Below, in pieces: positions 1-10,054 of a DNA stretch of 64,000 bases (position 1 is the first letter of the stretch; every line of letters starts with the position of its first letter). The stretch spans positions 23,016 to 87,015 of the forward strand of contig JADYYN010000199.1 in assembly GCA_020853635.1 (NCBI GenBank), written 5' to 3'. The notes beneath the pieces were generated by a model. The model was not told where the DNA came from, did not search any database, and saw nothing but the letters and a program-made list of their open reading frames with translations. A program made the translations under genes and the position numbers. This stretch comes from Gemmatimonadaceae bacterium. GTDB taxonomy: Bacteria > Gemmatimonadota > Gemmatimonadetes > Gemmatimonadales > Gemmatimonadaceae.

Positions 1-249
1 GAAGGCGGCGGGCCGGACCCGCGCTGCTATCGCGTGAGCTGCGACACGATCGCACGCGAGCTCCCGGCGTTCCAGCCGCAGTGGACGGTCCGCACGGGCA
101 TGGAGCAGCTGCTCGACGCCTACCGCACCTACGGGCTGACCAAGGACGCGTTCCTCGGTGACGATTACCTCCGCATCAAGCGCATCCGTGCGCTGCAGTC
201 GGCGGGGGATATCGACGACTCGCTGCGTCGCGCCGCAGCGCTGCGCTGA
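1..249 (+). CDS. NAD-dependent epimerase/dehydratase, C-terminal fragment (runs off window start)
   Basis: Frame 1 open from base 1: GPDPRCYRVSCDTI...FQPQWTVRTGMEQLLDAY, typical SDR epimerase C-terminus; precedes rfbF. Confidence 0.75.
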   Translation, partial: EGGGPDPRCYRVSCDTIARELPAFQPQWTVRTGMEQLLDAYRTYGLTKDAFLGDDYLRIKRIRALQSAGDIDDSLRRAAALR

Positions 250-261
250 CCGGGGCCTGCG

Positions 262-1059
262 ATGAAAGTCGTGCTCTTCTGCGGCGGGTTGGGACTCCGG
301 CTCCGTGAGTACTCCGAGACCGTGCCGAAGCCGATGGTCCCCATCGGCTATCGGCCGGTGCTGTGGCATCTGATGAAGTACTACGCGCACTACGGACACA
401 AGGACTTCATCCTGTGTCTCGGGCACCGCGCGGACGCGATCAAGGAGTATTTCCTGAACTACCAGGAGACGCTCTCCAATGACTTCGTCCTCACGGGCCA
501 CGGCAAACACGTCGAACTCCTCAAGAGCGACATCGACGACTGGCGCATCACGTTCGTCGACACGGGGCTCCACAGTAATCTCGGGGAGCGCCTCACGATG
601 GTGCGCGAGCATCTCGCCGGTGAGGAGACGTTCCTCGCGAACTACAGCGACGGGCTTAGCGATCTGCACCTGCCCGACATGCTCGCGCACTACGAGGCAT
701 CCAATTCCGTCGGCAGCTTCCTCTGCGCGCAGCCGTCGTTGAGCTTCCACTTCGTGTCGCTCGCACCCGATGGCCACGTGAAGGCGATCACCGACATCCA
801 CGGCTCAGGACTGCTCGTGAACGCCGGGTACTTCATCTTCAACAAGGCGATCTTCGACTACATCAAGCCTGGTGAGGAACTCGTCCTCGAACCGTTCGAG
901 CGCCTGATCCAGGCCGGCAAACTCGCCGCCTACAAGTACGACGGCTTCTGGCGCGGCATGGACACGTTCAAGGACAAGCAGGGACTCGACGACCTCTTCG
1001 CGCGCGGCAAGGCCCCGTGGGAAGTCTGGAAGCGCCCCGACCACGCGTGGGGCAAGTAG
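262..1059 (+). CDS. rfbF: Glucose-1-phosphate cytidylyltransferase
   Basis: MKVVLFCGGLGLRL...PKPMVPIG, ANYSDGLSD, GFWRGMDTFKD, APWEVW motifs. Confidence 0.9.
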   Translation: MKVVLFCGGLGLRLREYSETVPKPMVPIGYRPVLWHLMKYYAHYGHKDFILCLGHRADAIKEYFLNYQETLSNDFVLTGHGKHVELLKSDIDDWRITFVDTGLHSNLGERLTMVREHLAGEETFLANYSDGLSDLHLPDMLAHYEASNSVGSFLCAQPSLSFHFVSLAPDGHVKAITDIHGSGLLVNAGYFIFNKAIFDYIKPGEELVLEPFERLIQAGKLAAYKYDGFWRGMDTFKDKQGLDDLFARGKAPWEVWKRPDHAWGK

Positions 1060-1062
1060 GCG

Positions 1063-1722
1063 ATGCTCCCGCTCGCCCTCCGTCCGCCCGGACGACGCGC
1101 GCTCCGCGTCACCTGTCTCGGGGCGCACTCCGATGACATCGAGATCGGGTGCGGCGGTACGCTGCTCGCCCTGCAGGCGCAGGGGATCAAGCTCGAAGTC
1201 CGTTGGGTGGTGCTCACGGCGGCCGGTGCGCGTGCGACCGAAGCGCGGCGCGGCGCCGCGCGCTTCCTCAAGGGGGCGCAGCGGGCCGAGGTCACCCTTG
1301 GCGCGTTCCGGGATGGGTTCCTGCCGTTCGACGGCGCGGCGGTGAAGGAGTTCATCGAGGCCCATCGTCGCAGCGGGGACGAGCCCGACGTCGTCTTCAC
1401 GCACTTCCGTCACGATCGGCATCAGGACCATCGCCTGTTGTCGGACCTCGCGTGGAACACCTACCGCGACCAAGTGGTGCTCGAGTACGAGATCCCGAAG
1501 TGGGATGGCGACCTCGCCGTCCCGAACGCGTTCGTGCCGCTGCCGACGGCGATCGCGAAGCGGAAGGTCCGGCATCTGCAGGCGGTGTTCGCCACGCAGC
1601 GCTCCAAGCGCTGGTTCACCGACGAGACGTTCATGGGACTCATGCGACTGCGCGGAATCGAGTGTGGTGCGACGGATGGGTACGCGGAAGCCTTCCATGC
1701 ACGCAAACTCCGTCTCGTCTAA
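1063..1722 (+). CDS. PIG-L/LmbE family deacetylase
   Basis: GAHSDDIEIGCGGT and HQDH motifs; YEIPKWDGD. Confidence 0.88.
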   Translation: MLPLALRPPGRRALRVTCLGAHSDDIEIGCGGTLLALQAQGIKLEVRWVVLTAAGARATEARRGAARFLKGAQRAEVTLGAFRDGFLPFDGAAVKEFIEAHRRSGDEPDVVFTHFRHDRHQDHRLLSDLAWNTYRDQVVLEYEIPKWDGDLAVPNAFVPLPTAIAKRKVRHLQAVFATQRSKRWFTDETFMGLMRLRGIECGATDGYAEAFHARKLRLV

Positions 1723-2659
1723 GCCCGCTGCGTCGACGCCGGACGCGACACCGCTCACGGTGTCGCGGAGCACGCGCGCGCCGCGTGTCACCATCGGTGT
1801 GCCCGTCTACAACGGTGCCGCTACGCTGGAGTTCGCGCTCCGCTCGCTGATGTCGCAGACGTACCGCGACCTCGAGATCCTCATCAGCGACAACGGATCG
1901 ACCGACGACACGCCGCAGATCATCGCGCGCCTCGCGGCTGAGGACCCGCGCATCCGCGTCGTCCGCCAACTCACGAACCTCGGCGCCAACGGGAACTACA
2001 GCTTCGTCGCGCAGGAAGCCCGCGGCGAGTTCCTCAAGTGGGCGTCGGCGAGCGACTGGGTGCATCCGACGATGATCGAGAAGTGCGTCGCCGCGATCGA
2101 CACCGATCCCGGTGCCGTGCTCGCGGCGCCTCGGACGCGGTTGTTCCATGTCGACCTGGAACACACCGAGGAGTACCACCACGACCTGACCATCCTAGGG
2201 GACAGCCCACTCGACCGATTGTCGCAGTGGTTCGCGTTGAGCGCACTCAACAATGCGTTCAACGGTCTGATCCGCGTAAGCGCTCTTAGGCGCACCCGCT
2301 TCGTCCCGGCGTACATGAACGCCGATCTCGTGCTTATGGGACACCTCGCGCTGCTCGGACGGTTCGTCCTCGTCGACGAGCCGCTGTACTTCCGGCGCAT
2401 GGACATCGAGACCAGCACCTGCCTGCAGCCCGAGGCCGAGCGCATCCGACACCACTACCCGAAGGTGACGGCACGCACACTGTTCCAGGAATGGAAACAT
2501 CAATTCGGCTGGCTGCGCGTCGGACTCACGGCGCCGATGCCGCTCGGAGAACGCGTGCAGCTGCTGCTGTATCTGGCCCGGCGGTGCTTCTGGAAGCGCG
2601 CCGAGTTGTGGCATGACCTCAGCGGGGCCGTCCGCTTCGCCTTCAGCTCGCGTCGATGA
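1697..2659 (+). CDS. Glycosyltransferase family 2
   Basis: VTIGVPVYNG...ILISDNGSTDDT...NLGANGNY; start placed at ATG 1697 (uncertain). Confidence 0.88.
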   Translation: MHANSVSSKPAASTPDATPLTVSRSTRAPRVTIGVPVYNGAATLEFALRSLMSQTYRDLEILISDNGSTDDTPQIIARLAAEDPRIRVVRQLTNLGANGNYSFVAQEARGEFLKWASASDWVHPTMIEKCVAAIDTDPGAVLAAPRTRLFHVDLEHTEEYHHDLTILGDSPLDRLSQWFALSALNNAFNGLIRVSALRRTRFVPAYMNADLVLMGHLALLGRFVLVDEPLYFRRMDIETSTCLQPEAERIRHHYPKVTARTLFQEWKHQFGWLRVGLTAPMPLGERVQLLLYLARRCFWKRAELWHDLSGAVRFAFSSRR

Positions 2660-4038
2660 CCGGGATCAACGACCGCAACACCGCGATCGTCGATACGGAG
2701 ACCGCCGCCGCCGCGACCGCCGCCGGCAATGCCATGCACGAGCTGTTGCGCGAGTTGCTGCCGCTGCCGCGCAGCATCACCGGCGACGGGGTGCGTCAGA
2801 CCCTCGCCGCGCTGCACATGCGGCTCCCGCTGACCACCAGCGAGATTCCCAGCGGGACCGCGGTCTTCGACTGGACCGTCCCCGATGAGTGGCACATCGA
2901 GGACGCGTACATCGCCGACATGTCGGGACGACGTCTGGTCGATTTCCACGCGTCCGCGCTGCACGTCGTGGGCTACTCGACACCGGTGGATGCCACCTAC
3001 TCGCGCGATGAGCTGGAGCCGCATCTGCATTCGCTGCCCGACCAGCCTGATCTGATCCCGTATCGGACAGCGTACTATGCGCCGTCGTGGGGGTTCTGCC
3101 TGAGCCATCGCGTCCGCGAGTCGCTTGGGACTGGTCCGTTCCGTGTGGTCATCCGCTCGAGACTCGCGCCCGGACATCTCACGCTCGCGGAAGCCGTCAT
3201 CCCTGGTGCGACCGACGACGAAGTCCTGCTGTTCGCACATGATTGTCATCCGGCGCTCGCGAACGACAACTTGTCAGGCGTGCTCGTCGCGACGTGGGTC
3301 GGCCAGCATCTGCGGACGCGGCGGACCCGCTATACCTACCGGATCGTGTTCGCGCCGGCCACCATCGGCTCGATCACCTGGCTCGCCCATCGCCGCGACG
3401 TCCTGCCGCGGATCCGCCACGGACTCGTCCTCTCGCTCCTCGGCGGCCCCGGACGCTTCCACTACAAGCTCACGCGCGAGGGCACTCGCCCGATCGACCG
3501 CGCCGCATGGCATGTGGTCCACGCGACGGATGCGGCGGCGACGAGACTCCCGTTCTCGCCGTGGGGCTATGATGAACGGCAGTTCGGCTCCCCGGGCATC
3601 GACCTGCCGATGGGACGTCTCACACGGACGCCCAATGGCGCGTTCCCCGAGTACCACACCTCCGCCGACGACGCGACGTTGGTGACCGCCGCACAACTCG
3701 GCGAGTCGTGGCTCACGGTGCTGCGGATCCTCGACGTGCTCGAGCGCGATGCGACATACGTGAATCTCGCGCCCTACGGTGAACCGCAGCTCGGACGGCG
3801 AGGACTCTATCGCACGACCGGCGGTCACCAACACATCCCCGAGCGACAGCTCGCCCTGTTGTGGATGTTGAATCAGTCCGACGGCCGTGAGTCCGTGCTC
3901 GGCATCGCCGAACGCGCCGAACTGCCGTTCGCCGTGCTCGCCGATGCCGCGACGGACCTCGAGGCGGTCGGCCTCTTGCGCCGCCAGACCGATCGCGCCG
4001 AACGCGTGGTGAGTCTGTCCGCACCTGCACCACTCTGA
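2656..4038 (+). CDS. DUF4910-type aminopeptidase-like protein of polysaccharide loci, with C-terminal winged helix
   Basis: PRSITGDG, VFDWTVPDEW, HPALANDNLSG, YDERQF, PEYHTSADD, GEPQLGRRGLY motifs. Confidence 0.82.
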   Translation: MTGINDRNTAIVDTETAAAATAAGNAMHELLRELLPLPRSITGDGVRQTLAALHMRLPLTTSEIPSGTAVFDWTVPDEWHIEDAYIADMSGRRLVDFHASALHVVGYSTPVDATYSRDELEPHLHSLPDQPDLIPYRTAYYAPSWGFCLSHRVRESLGTGPFRVVIRSRLAPGHLTLAEAVIPGATDDEVLLFAHDCHPALANDNLSGVLVATWVGQHLRTRRTRYTYRIVFAPATIGSITWLAHRRDVLPRIRHGLVLSLLGGPGRFHYKLTREGTRPIDRAAWHVVHATDAAATRLPFSPWGYDERQFGSPGIDLPMGRLTRTPNGAFPEYHTSADDATLVTAAQLGESWLTVLRILDVLERDATYVNLAPYGEPQLGRRGLYRTTGGHQHIPERQLALLWMLNQSDGRESVLGIAERAELPFAVLADAATDLEAVGLLRRQTDRAERVVSLSAPAPL

Positions 4039-4054
4039 TACCGACGTCCATCCT

Positions 4055-5104
4055 GTGAGCGACCGCGTGCCCGATTCCAGACCACCCCTCGGCCTCCGCG
4101 CCGGTGACTGGGTCATCGTCCGATCGAAAGAAGAGATCCTCTCGACCCTCGACGAGAACGCTTGCCTCGAGCGACTCCCGTTCCAGCCGGAAATGCTCGC
4201 CTTTTGCGGTCGTCGCATGCAAGTGGCGAAGGTGGCGCACAAGACGTGTGACAACATCAAGAAGACAGGCGGCCGACGCATGCACGCCGCCGTGCACCTT
4301 GAGGGCGGACGCTGCGATGGCGCCCAACATGGCGGCTGCCAGGCGGACTGCGTCTTCTTCTGGAAGGAGGCCTGGCTACGTCGCGCGGACTCGGCAGAGT
4401 CCGCGGCACCCGCATGGCCCGCCGCCGCAGCGGCCGGCGTCATTAGCGAGGAGTTGGTGCAGATTCGTGCGCGCGCCCGAGGGAGCGAGACGTCCGACGA
4501 CCCGACATGGGTCTGTCAGACGACCGCACTCTACGACGCGACCGAGCTGCTGCCGTGGTGGGACCTGCGTCAGTATGTGCGCGATGTGACGTCAGGCAAC
4601 CACAGCGCCTGGCACATGACGAAGATCCTCATCGCCGCGACGTATCGGAAGTTCGTGGCCTTCGGCCCTGGCTATTCCGTCAAGATCAAGGCGTACAATG
4701 CGTTCCAGAGCCTCGTGGGTGGCAAGCCGTTCCCCGAAGTGAAGGCACAGGTCAAGCCGGGTGATAAGACGCCCACGGAGATCCTGAACCTGCAAGTGGG
4801 CGAACTCGTCGAAGTCCGCTCCGGCGACGAGATCGACGCCACCATCACCCCGGACGGCAAGAACCGCGGCATGCGCTACGACATGGAGATGCGCAAGTAC
4901 TCCGGGCATCGCTACCGCGTGCAGATGCGCGTCGACAAGCTCATCGACGAGAAGACGGGCAAGATGGTGCCCATGAAGAATCCCTGCATCCAACTCGAGA
5001 ACGTCTATTGCCGCGCCGAGTGCACGGACCGACGGCTCGGCTGCCCGCGCGCGTCCAATACCTACTGGCGCGAGATCTGGCTACGCCGCGTCGAGTCGCC
5101 GTGA
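4055..5104 (+). CDS. Uncharacterised Cys-rich protein with two internally repeated (possibly SH3-like) domains
   Basis: Repeat 1 LGLRAGDWVIVRSKEEI...FWKEAWLRR; repeat 2 LNLQVGELVEVRSGDEI...YWREIWLRR. Confidence 0.8.
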   Translation: MSDRVPDSRPPLGLRAGDWVIVRSKEEILSTLDENACLERLPFQPEMLAFCGRRMQVAKVAHKTCDNIKKTGGRRMHAAVHLEGGRCDGAQHGGCQADCVFFWKEAWLRRADSAESAAPAWPAAAAAGVISEELVQIRARARGSETSDDPTWVCQTTALYDATELLPWWDLRQYVRDVTSGNHSAWHMTKILIAATYRKFVAFGPGYSVKIKAYNAFQSLVGGKPFPEVKAQVKPGDKTPTEILNLQVGELVEVRSGDEIDATITPDGKNRGMRYDMEMRKYSGHRYRVQMRVDKLIDEKTGKMVPMKNPCIQLENVYCRAECTDRRLGCPRASNTYWREIWLRRVESP

Positions 5105-5940
5105 TACGCCGCGATCGTCGTCCACGCGAACGCCCCTAACAGGCGATCGATCCGCCCCAGCACGCCGGCCTGACCGGCGTAGTGGCGGATGCGCGTGAGC
5201 AGCGGGACATCCAGCACGGGTTGTCCCGGATCCCACTCCCACGGGTGGATGTAGAAGGTACCGGGTGCACCGCGGTCGTCGGATGAGCGTAGCGCTGCGT
5301 GGACCAGCGCGGGCGGCAGGATGCGGAAGTAGGCACCGCCCGCAGCCGGCAACGTCGCGCCCGCCAGTCGCAGCGTTGCCGGCGGATACTCTGCGATCCG
5401 CCCCGACGGTCGCTCGATCCAGTACGGATCGCGCGCACCGCCCGCATAACCGTAGCCGCGGCGGACCACCGGGAAGAGCGAGGAGTCATACTCGTGACCC
5501 TCCTCGATCAACAGGTCCAGCGCCCACTCCTCGCCGCGCACGATGGAGAAACTCGGCGCACGGAACCCGAGCACACGCTCCCCAGTGATCGACTCGAGGA
5601 TGCCCTTCGTGCGTCGAATCGACTCGCGGAACGCGTCGCGCGTCTGGTGCGTGATCCGCACGTGGTCGTACGTATGCGACGCGAGTTCATGTCCCGCCGC
5701 TGCGATGCGCTTCACCATCGCGGGATGACGCTCCGCGACCCAGCCCACCGTGAAGAACGTCCCGACCGCACCGTGTCGAGCCATGAGCGCGAGCAGTTCG
5801 TCGATCGACCGCTCCACCCGACTCTCGAACGACTCCCAAGTCGACATCGGTGCGTACGGTGACAACGCGACGACCTGGAAGTACTCCTCGACGTCGACCG
5901 TGAAGAAGTGCCGGACCTTCGAACGTGCGCTCGTACTCAA
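5062..5940 (-). CDS. Polysaccharide deacetylase, XrtA/PEP-CTERM-locus type (DUF3473)
   Basis: FTVDVEEYFQV, GHELASH, GFRAPSFSI, YDSSLFP, GGAYFR, YIHPWEWDP; TTG at 5940 overlaps the upstream stop; 3' end overlaps the convergent gene by 43 nt. Confidence 0.88.
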   Translation of the reverse strand: MSTSARSKVRHFFTVDVEEYFQVVALSPYAPMSTWESFESRVERSIDELLALMARHGAVGTFFTVGWVAERHPAMVKRIAAAGHELASHTYDHVRITHQTRDAFRESIRRTKGILESITGERVLGFRAPSFSIVRGEEWALDLLIEEGHEYDSSLFPVVRRGYGYAGGARDPYWIERPSGRIAEYPPATLRLAGATLPAAGGAYFRILPPALVHAALRSSDDRGAPGTFYIHPWEWDPGQPVLDVPLLTRIRHYAGQAGVLGRIDRLLGAFAWTTIAAYHGDSTRRSQISRQ

Positions 5941-6929
5941 CGCGCGGTCAGATCGAGCGACGATCGCGGCTTGAGACGCCACGCCCCGGTGCCGGTCGGC
6001 ACCAGGATGCCGCCGACGTCGAAGCGCCGAGTGGGGAGGTACACTCCCGGCGGCAAAGGCGCGCGGAAGCCGAGATCCGCCGCGCGATCGAGAATCACCA
6101 CCACGGCCCCCGAACCGTCGTTCATCGTCATCTGGAACTGGCCTGCGACGGTTGAGGTATCGACGACTTGTGCGTTCAGGATGCGGACCAGCGCGGCGTC
6201 GAGAGCCCCGGCCGTGCCGCCGGTCGCGGCCTGCTGCGTCGTAATGGTCGGTGCTGACGGGATCAGGGTCGGCGCGACCGCGTAGACCGCCGCCCCGTCG
6301 AGGACCCGCTGGCCGAGCCGTTCACCCACGCGGCCGCGCAACACCAGACTGTCGCCCGCGGCTATCGCGACCGCGCTCGGTTGCAAGCGAGTCACGCGGA
6401 TCGTTCCCGCCGTGTCGATCACGTGCAGTGTGGTGTCGCTGAAGATCGTCCGCGCGTGGAGTGCGATCGCCCGGATGAACACGGTGCTGCCCGGGGCGAG
6501 CGCGCGCGCCTCTGCCGTGGTGCGGCTCGGGTACGAGAGCGACGCGACATAGTCCGCCGAATCACCCGGTAGCAGCGTGATGCTCCGAGGGGCGGCGTCG
6601 ACCGCCTCGGCGCTGTCCGCACCGCTCGTCGGATCGATGACCACGGAGTAGCTCCCGACCGGGACACCGCTGATCAAGAAGAGCCCGTCATCGCTCGTCG
6701 TCGCACGGAACAGCGTGTCGCCACCCGCAGCCGACATCACGCGGATCCGAGCGCCACCGAAGAACACGTCCTCGGCATCGAGCGTACGTGAGCCGTTGAG
6801 GTCGAAGTACACCCGACCGCGCACCACCCCGGTCGCGGCCACACCCAGCGTGCGCGTCGCACCGCCGTTCTCGCATCCGGCCGTCGCCAATACCGCGGCG
6901 ACGGTCAGCACCAAACGCTTCATCGTCAT
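5937..6929 (-). CDS. Lipoprotein with SdrD-B/Cna-B-like N-terminal domain and OB-fold-like C-terminal part
   Basis: Lipobox LATAG-C; GRVYFDLNGSRTLDAED; C-terminal WRLKPRS. Confidence 0.7.
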   Translation of the reverse strand: MTMKRLVLTVAAVLATAGCENGGATRTLGVAATGVVRGRVYFDLNGSRTLDAEDVFFGGARIRVMSAAGGDTLFRATTSDDGLFLISGVPVGSYSVVIDPTSGADSAEAVDAAPRSITLLPGDSADYVASLSYPSRTTAEARALAPGSTVFIRAIALHARTIFSDTTLHVIDTAGTIRVTRLQPSAVAIAAGDSLVLRGRVGERLGQRVLDGAAVYAVAPTLIPSAPTITTQQAATGGTAGALDAALVRILNAQVVDTSTVAGQFQMTMNDGSGAVVVILDRAADLGFRAPLPPGVYLPTRRFDVGGILVPTGTGAWRLKPRSSLDLTAR

Positions 6930-9832
6930 CGTCCGATCCTCAGGCCCACGCGGAAGAGCATCCCCGGCGCGCGATCCGAGAGCAGCTCGCCGAAGTTCGG
7001 GTTCACCACCAGCGGCACCGACGTCACACCGGTGCCCGGGTTCGTCGTCAACACGCCGGTCCGGTCCACGAGATACAGGGCACGGTCGATCCGCCCCTCC
7101 GTCCCGGGGATCACGTTCATGGCGTCCAGTACCAGGTCGAGCGGCCCGCTCGAGAACGTACGCAGCCGGAACGAGGCACGAAGATCGAGGCGGTGGACCA
7201 TCTCGCCGCGACAGTCGTTGCGCAGCGCGAATGTTCCGCTTGAACGCTGCAAGCAGCTGTGTGAGACCAGGAGCGCGTCCATCCCAGGCACCGCCGGATC
7301 GACGAACGCCACATCGTTCCCTGCGACGCCATCACCGTCGACGTCGACCCCGTCGCGGAATCCCGGAGTGAACGGCGTACCGGAACGCAGACGATAGATG
7401 ACACCGAACCGCACGGCACCCGAGGGAGCGACGCTCCATTCTGCCGCGGCCAAGAGTCGATGCGGCACGTCGAGGTCGGCGATGCCCTCGGACGCGAGCC
7501 CGCCGGTGAAGGGCGAGAGCGGCGCATCGCCGCCCGCCAGGTTGTCCTCGGTCAGCGAATACGTGTAGTGCACACCGACACTGAAGCCGGTGGCCGTCAC
7601 ACGCTCGATGCCGATCGTCGCACCACGATACTCCGAGAAGCCGGTGACCTCGATCGCATGGACCGCGTCGAAGTCGGAGAATCGACGATTGCTCGCGGGC
7701 AGCGCCGCGACGAGGGACCCCACCTGTTGCAAGGTTCCGTAGAGCGGGCGACCATACTGATCGACCCCCACGGGCGACGACGACAGGTTCAAGTCGCGGC
7801 GCCGTGCGAGGAAGTCCGTCTGGCGATACACACCCTGCACATACGACGTCCAGTTGCCGAGCGCGCGCTGAACGGCGAACGACATCCGGCGCGTGCGCGG
7901 TCCCTCATAGCCGGGACCTAAGACGGAAAGGGCTTGGCCCCGCGACGGCGCGGTCACCGAATCCGGGACCGCGGGCCAGTTCGCGAAGGTGCCGATCGCC
8001 GAACGGACATCGACCCCACGGTCGAGCATCAAGGCCTCGCCCACATCACGGCGGTCGGGCAGGTCGTTGTACACGCCGGCACCGCCCTCGAGCAACCAGT
8101 TCCTCGCCGCCCCCAGTTCCCATCGGAAGCCGATTCGCGGTGCGACGCGCGAGCTCGTTTCCTGCACCGCCGTGTTGTCCAGCCCCGACCGCAGCAGCCA
8201 AGCCCCGTTCGGTTCGAGGTCAGAGAGCGTCACTCGGTTCGCGTCGAATCGCAGACCGAGCGTCAGATCGAAGCCCGGCGTGACCGCCCACGCATCTTGG
8301 ATGAAGATCGCGCGCTCGGACATCCGATAGCTGCCCGTTCCACCCGTCGCCGCCATGCCGCGCCAGGCGCCGGCTCCGAGTTCGAAGTCCGCCGCGTCGC
8401 CGAAGCGGTAGTCACTGCCCGATCCGATGGTGCCCTGCGATTCGAAACGGTGGCCGGCGAGCGCCGCACCCAGCTTCAGACGGTGCGCACCGAGGTCCCA
8501 ATGCAGCATCGCGCCGAGACGCGGCGTCGCACGCTGATCGGAGAACGGTTCAGCCGTGCTGGCACCCAGCGTAACGCCGCGACCAGCGAATCCGGTCGAC
8601 GCGAGCATCGGTCCTTCCGAACTGACGTCGCCCATCTCGCCGGAGACACGGATCTCACTCGTCAAACGGCGCGTGAGTCGCGTGACGACATCGACGGACG
8701 CCTGCGCGGCGAGTGCCTCATGCCTCGTCCCAAGCCCCGCCGACGCCCCCTCGAGCAGCGCAGGCTGCGACGCTGTCAGACGCGTACCGCCGGCACGCAT
8801 CGTCACCGCATAACGATCGCCGAGCTGCCAGTCGAGCCGTCCGAACGCGCTGATGCGTTCCTCGATTCGGGGCGTTTCGTTGCGGTACGCGTCGAGATTC
8901 GTTGCGAATGAATCGCGGGCGATATTGATCAGCGCGAGTCCCTCGGTGTCGTCGGCGAGGAACCACGCTGGGCGCGCCACCTCACTCCGTTGATAGTCGA
9001 CCCCCAAGAACGCGTGCGCAGTGTCACGCTGGATCGGACCACCGAAGACGGCCGCCGCACCGACGTCGCTCGATCCGCCGAAGACGGCACTGCGCTGACT
9101 CGGAGTGCTTCCTCCTCGCAGCGAAAGGGCGTTGAGTCCGACGCCCGTGCCACCCATCTCCACGTCGTACCCGAGCCCACCGACGCCGACGTTCGACACG
9201 GCACGCGACGGAACCGCGAGCGCGAAGGTCTCCACGCCGCGAGCACTCGGTGCCGACACACTCCCGAGACGCGCACCGTCGACCATCACATCGGCGAATC
9301 GCCAGGGCAGCCCCTCTACGCCACGTTCATCGGCGACCGGAGAGAGCGCGAGCGCGTCCGTCGCGATCCGACGGCCGATCGCCAACTCGCCGTACCCGCG
9401 CTCCTGCAACCACGCGAGAGGCGCGATCCGCGCCCCGGCAGCACGGACCGTGTCGACGCTCGACACCGGCGGAGTTTCACGACGGAGCGCCACGCGCAAG
9501 CTACCCGCATCGCCGGCCGCGACCGCGACCCCGAGATAGAGTACGGGACGATAGCCGAGCGCTTCGACCGCGACCTCGTACACGCCGGGACCCAGCAGCC
9601 CGAACCGAAACTCGCCATCTCGTGCCGTGATCAACGAGCGAACGGCGCCGCTCACACGATCAGTGACACGAATCTCGGCGTCGCGCACCGGAGCGCCGGC
9701 AGCGTCGCGCACGACACCCGCGAGAGAACCGTGCATCAAACTCTGGGCGGCAGACGCTCTACTCCCGAGTCCGAGCATCGACGCGACGAATACGAACGCT
9801 GAGAAAACACGGAGCAGCCGAGGGCTGGTCAC
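6926..9832 (-). CDS. TonB-dependent receptor, Oar-like, with carboxypeptidase-regulatory N-terminal domain
   Basis: Signal peptide, GSLAGVVRDAAG...GVYEVAVEALGY, FIQDAW...LTLGLRFD, APRIGFRW, C-terminal beta strand FRVGLRIG. Confidence 0.85.
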   Translation of the reverse strand: MTSPRLLRVFSAFVFVASMLGLGSRASAAQSLMHGSLAGVVRDAAGAPVRDAEIRVTDRVSGAVRSLITARDGEFRFGLLGPGVYEVAVEALGYRPVLYLGVAVAAGDAGSLRVALRRETPPVSSVDTVRAAGARIAPLAWLQERGYGELAIGRRIATDALALSPVADERGVEGLPWRFADVMVDGARLGSVSAPSARGVETFALAVPSRAVSNVGVGGLGYDVEMGGTGVGLNALSLRGGSTPSQRSAVFGGSSDVGAAAVFGGPIQRDTAHAFLGVDYQRSEVARPAWFLADDTEGLALINIARDSFATNLDAYRNETPRIEERISAFGRLDWQLGDRYAVTMRAGGTRLTASQPALLEGASAGLGTRHEALAAQASVDVVTRLTRRLTSEIRVSGEMGDVSSEGPMLASTGFAGRGVTLGASTAEPFSDQRATPRLGAMLHWDLGAHRLKLGAALAGHRFESQGTIGSGSDYRFGDAADFELGAGAWRGMAATGGTGSYRMSERAIFIQDAWAVTPGFDLTLGLRFDANRVTLSDLEPNGAWLLRSGLDNTAVQETSSRVAPRIGFRWELGAARNWLLEGGAGVYNDLPDRRDVGEALMLDRGVDVRSAIGTFANWPAVPDSVTAPSRGQALSVLGPGYEGPRTRRMSFAVQRALGNWTSYVQGVYRQTDFLARRRDLNLSSSPVGVDQYGRPLYGTLQQVGSLVAALPASNRRFSDFDAVHAIEVTGFSEYRGATIGIERVTATGFSVGVHYTYSLTEDNLAGGDAPLSPFTGGLASEGIADLDVPHRLLAAAEWSVAPSGAVRFGVIYRLRSGTPFTPGFRDGVDVDGDGVAGNDVAFVDPAVPGMDALLVSHSCLQRSSGTFALRNDCRGEMVHRLDLRASFRLRTFSSGPLDLVLDAMNVIPGTEGRIDRALYLVDRTGVLTTNPGTGVTSVPLVVNPNFGELLSDRAPGMLFRVGLRIGR

Positions 9833-9861
9833 CGATCAACCTCTTGAGTCAAAGTCCGACA

Positions 9862-9917
9862 GGGAAAGGTGGGCACGTTTCCATAAAAGCCGGGAACGTG
9901 GGCACGTATCTATAAAG
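9862..9917. repeat. Imperfect ~27-nt direct repeat upstream of the TonB receptor gene
   Basis: GGGAAAGGTGGGCACGTTTCCATAAA (9862-9887) vs GGGAACGTGGGCACGTATCTATAAA (9892-9916). Confidence 0.65.
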
Positions 9918-9949
9918 TATAGAGGCGATGAGACCACCGACTTGGTAAC

Positions 9950-9965
9950 AGCAAGACTCGCACCC
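9950..9965 (-). promoter_or_regulatory. Candidate sigma54 -24/-12 promoter of the TonB receptor operon
   Basis: Minus strand GGGTGCGAGTCTTGCT: GG-N10-GC with TTGC; -24 side is a weak match to TGGCAC. Confidence 0.35.
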
Positions 9966-10054
9966 TACGGTCCCCGCACGCCCGGTTCGTTCCAATCGTT
10001 GTCGCACCGGCGCAACGAAGTCGCACTTGTCTCGGATCAGTCACGGTCCAAGTA

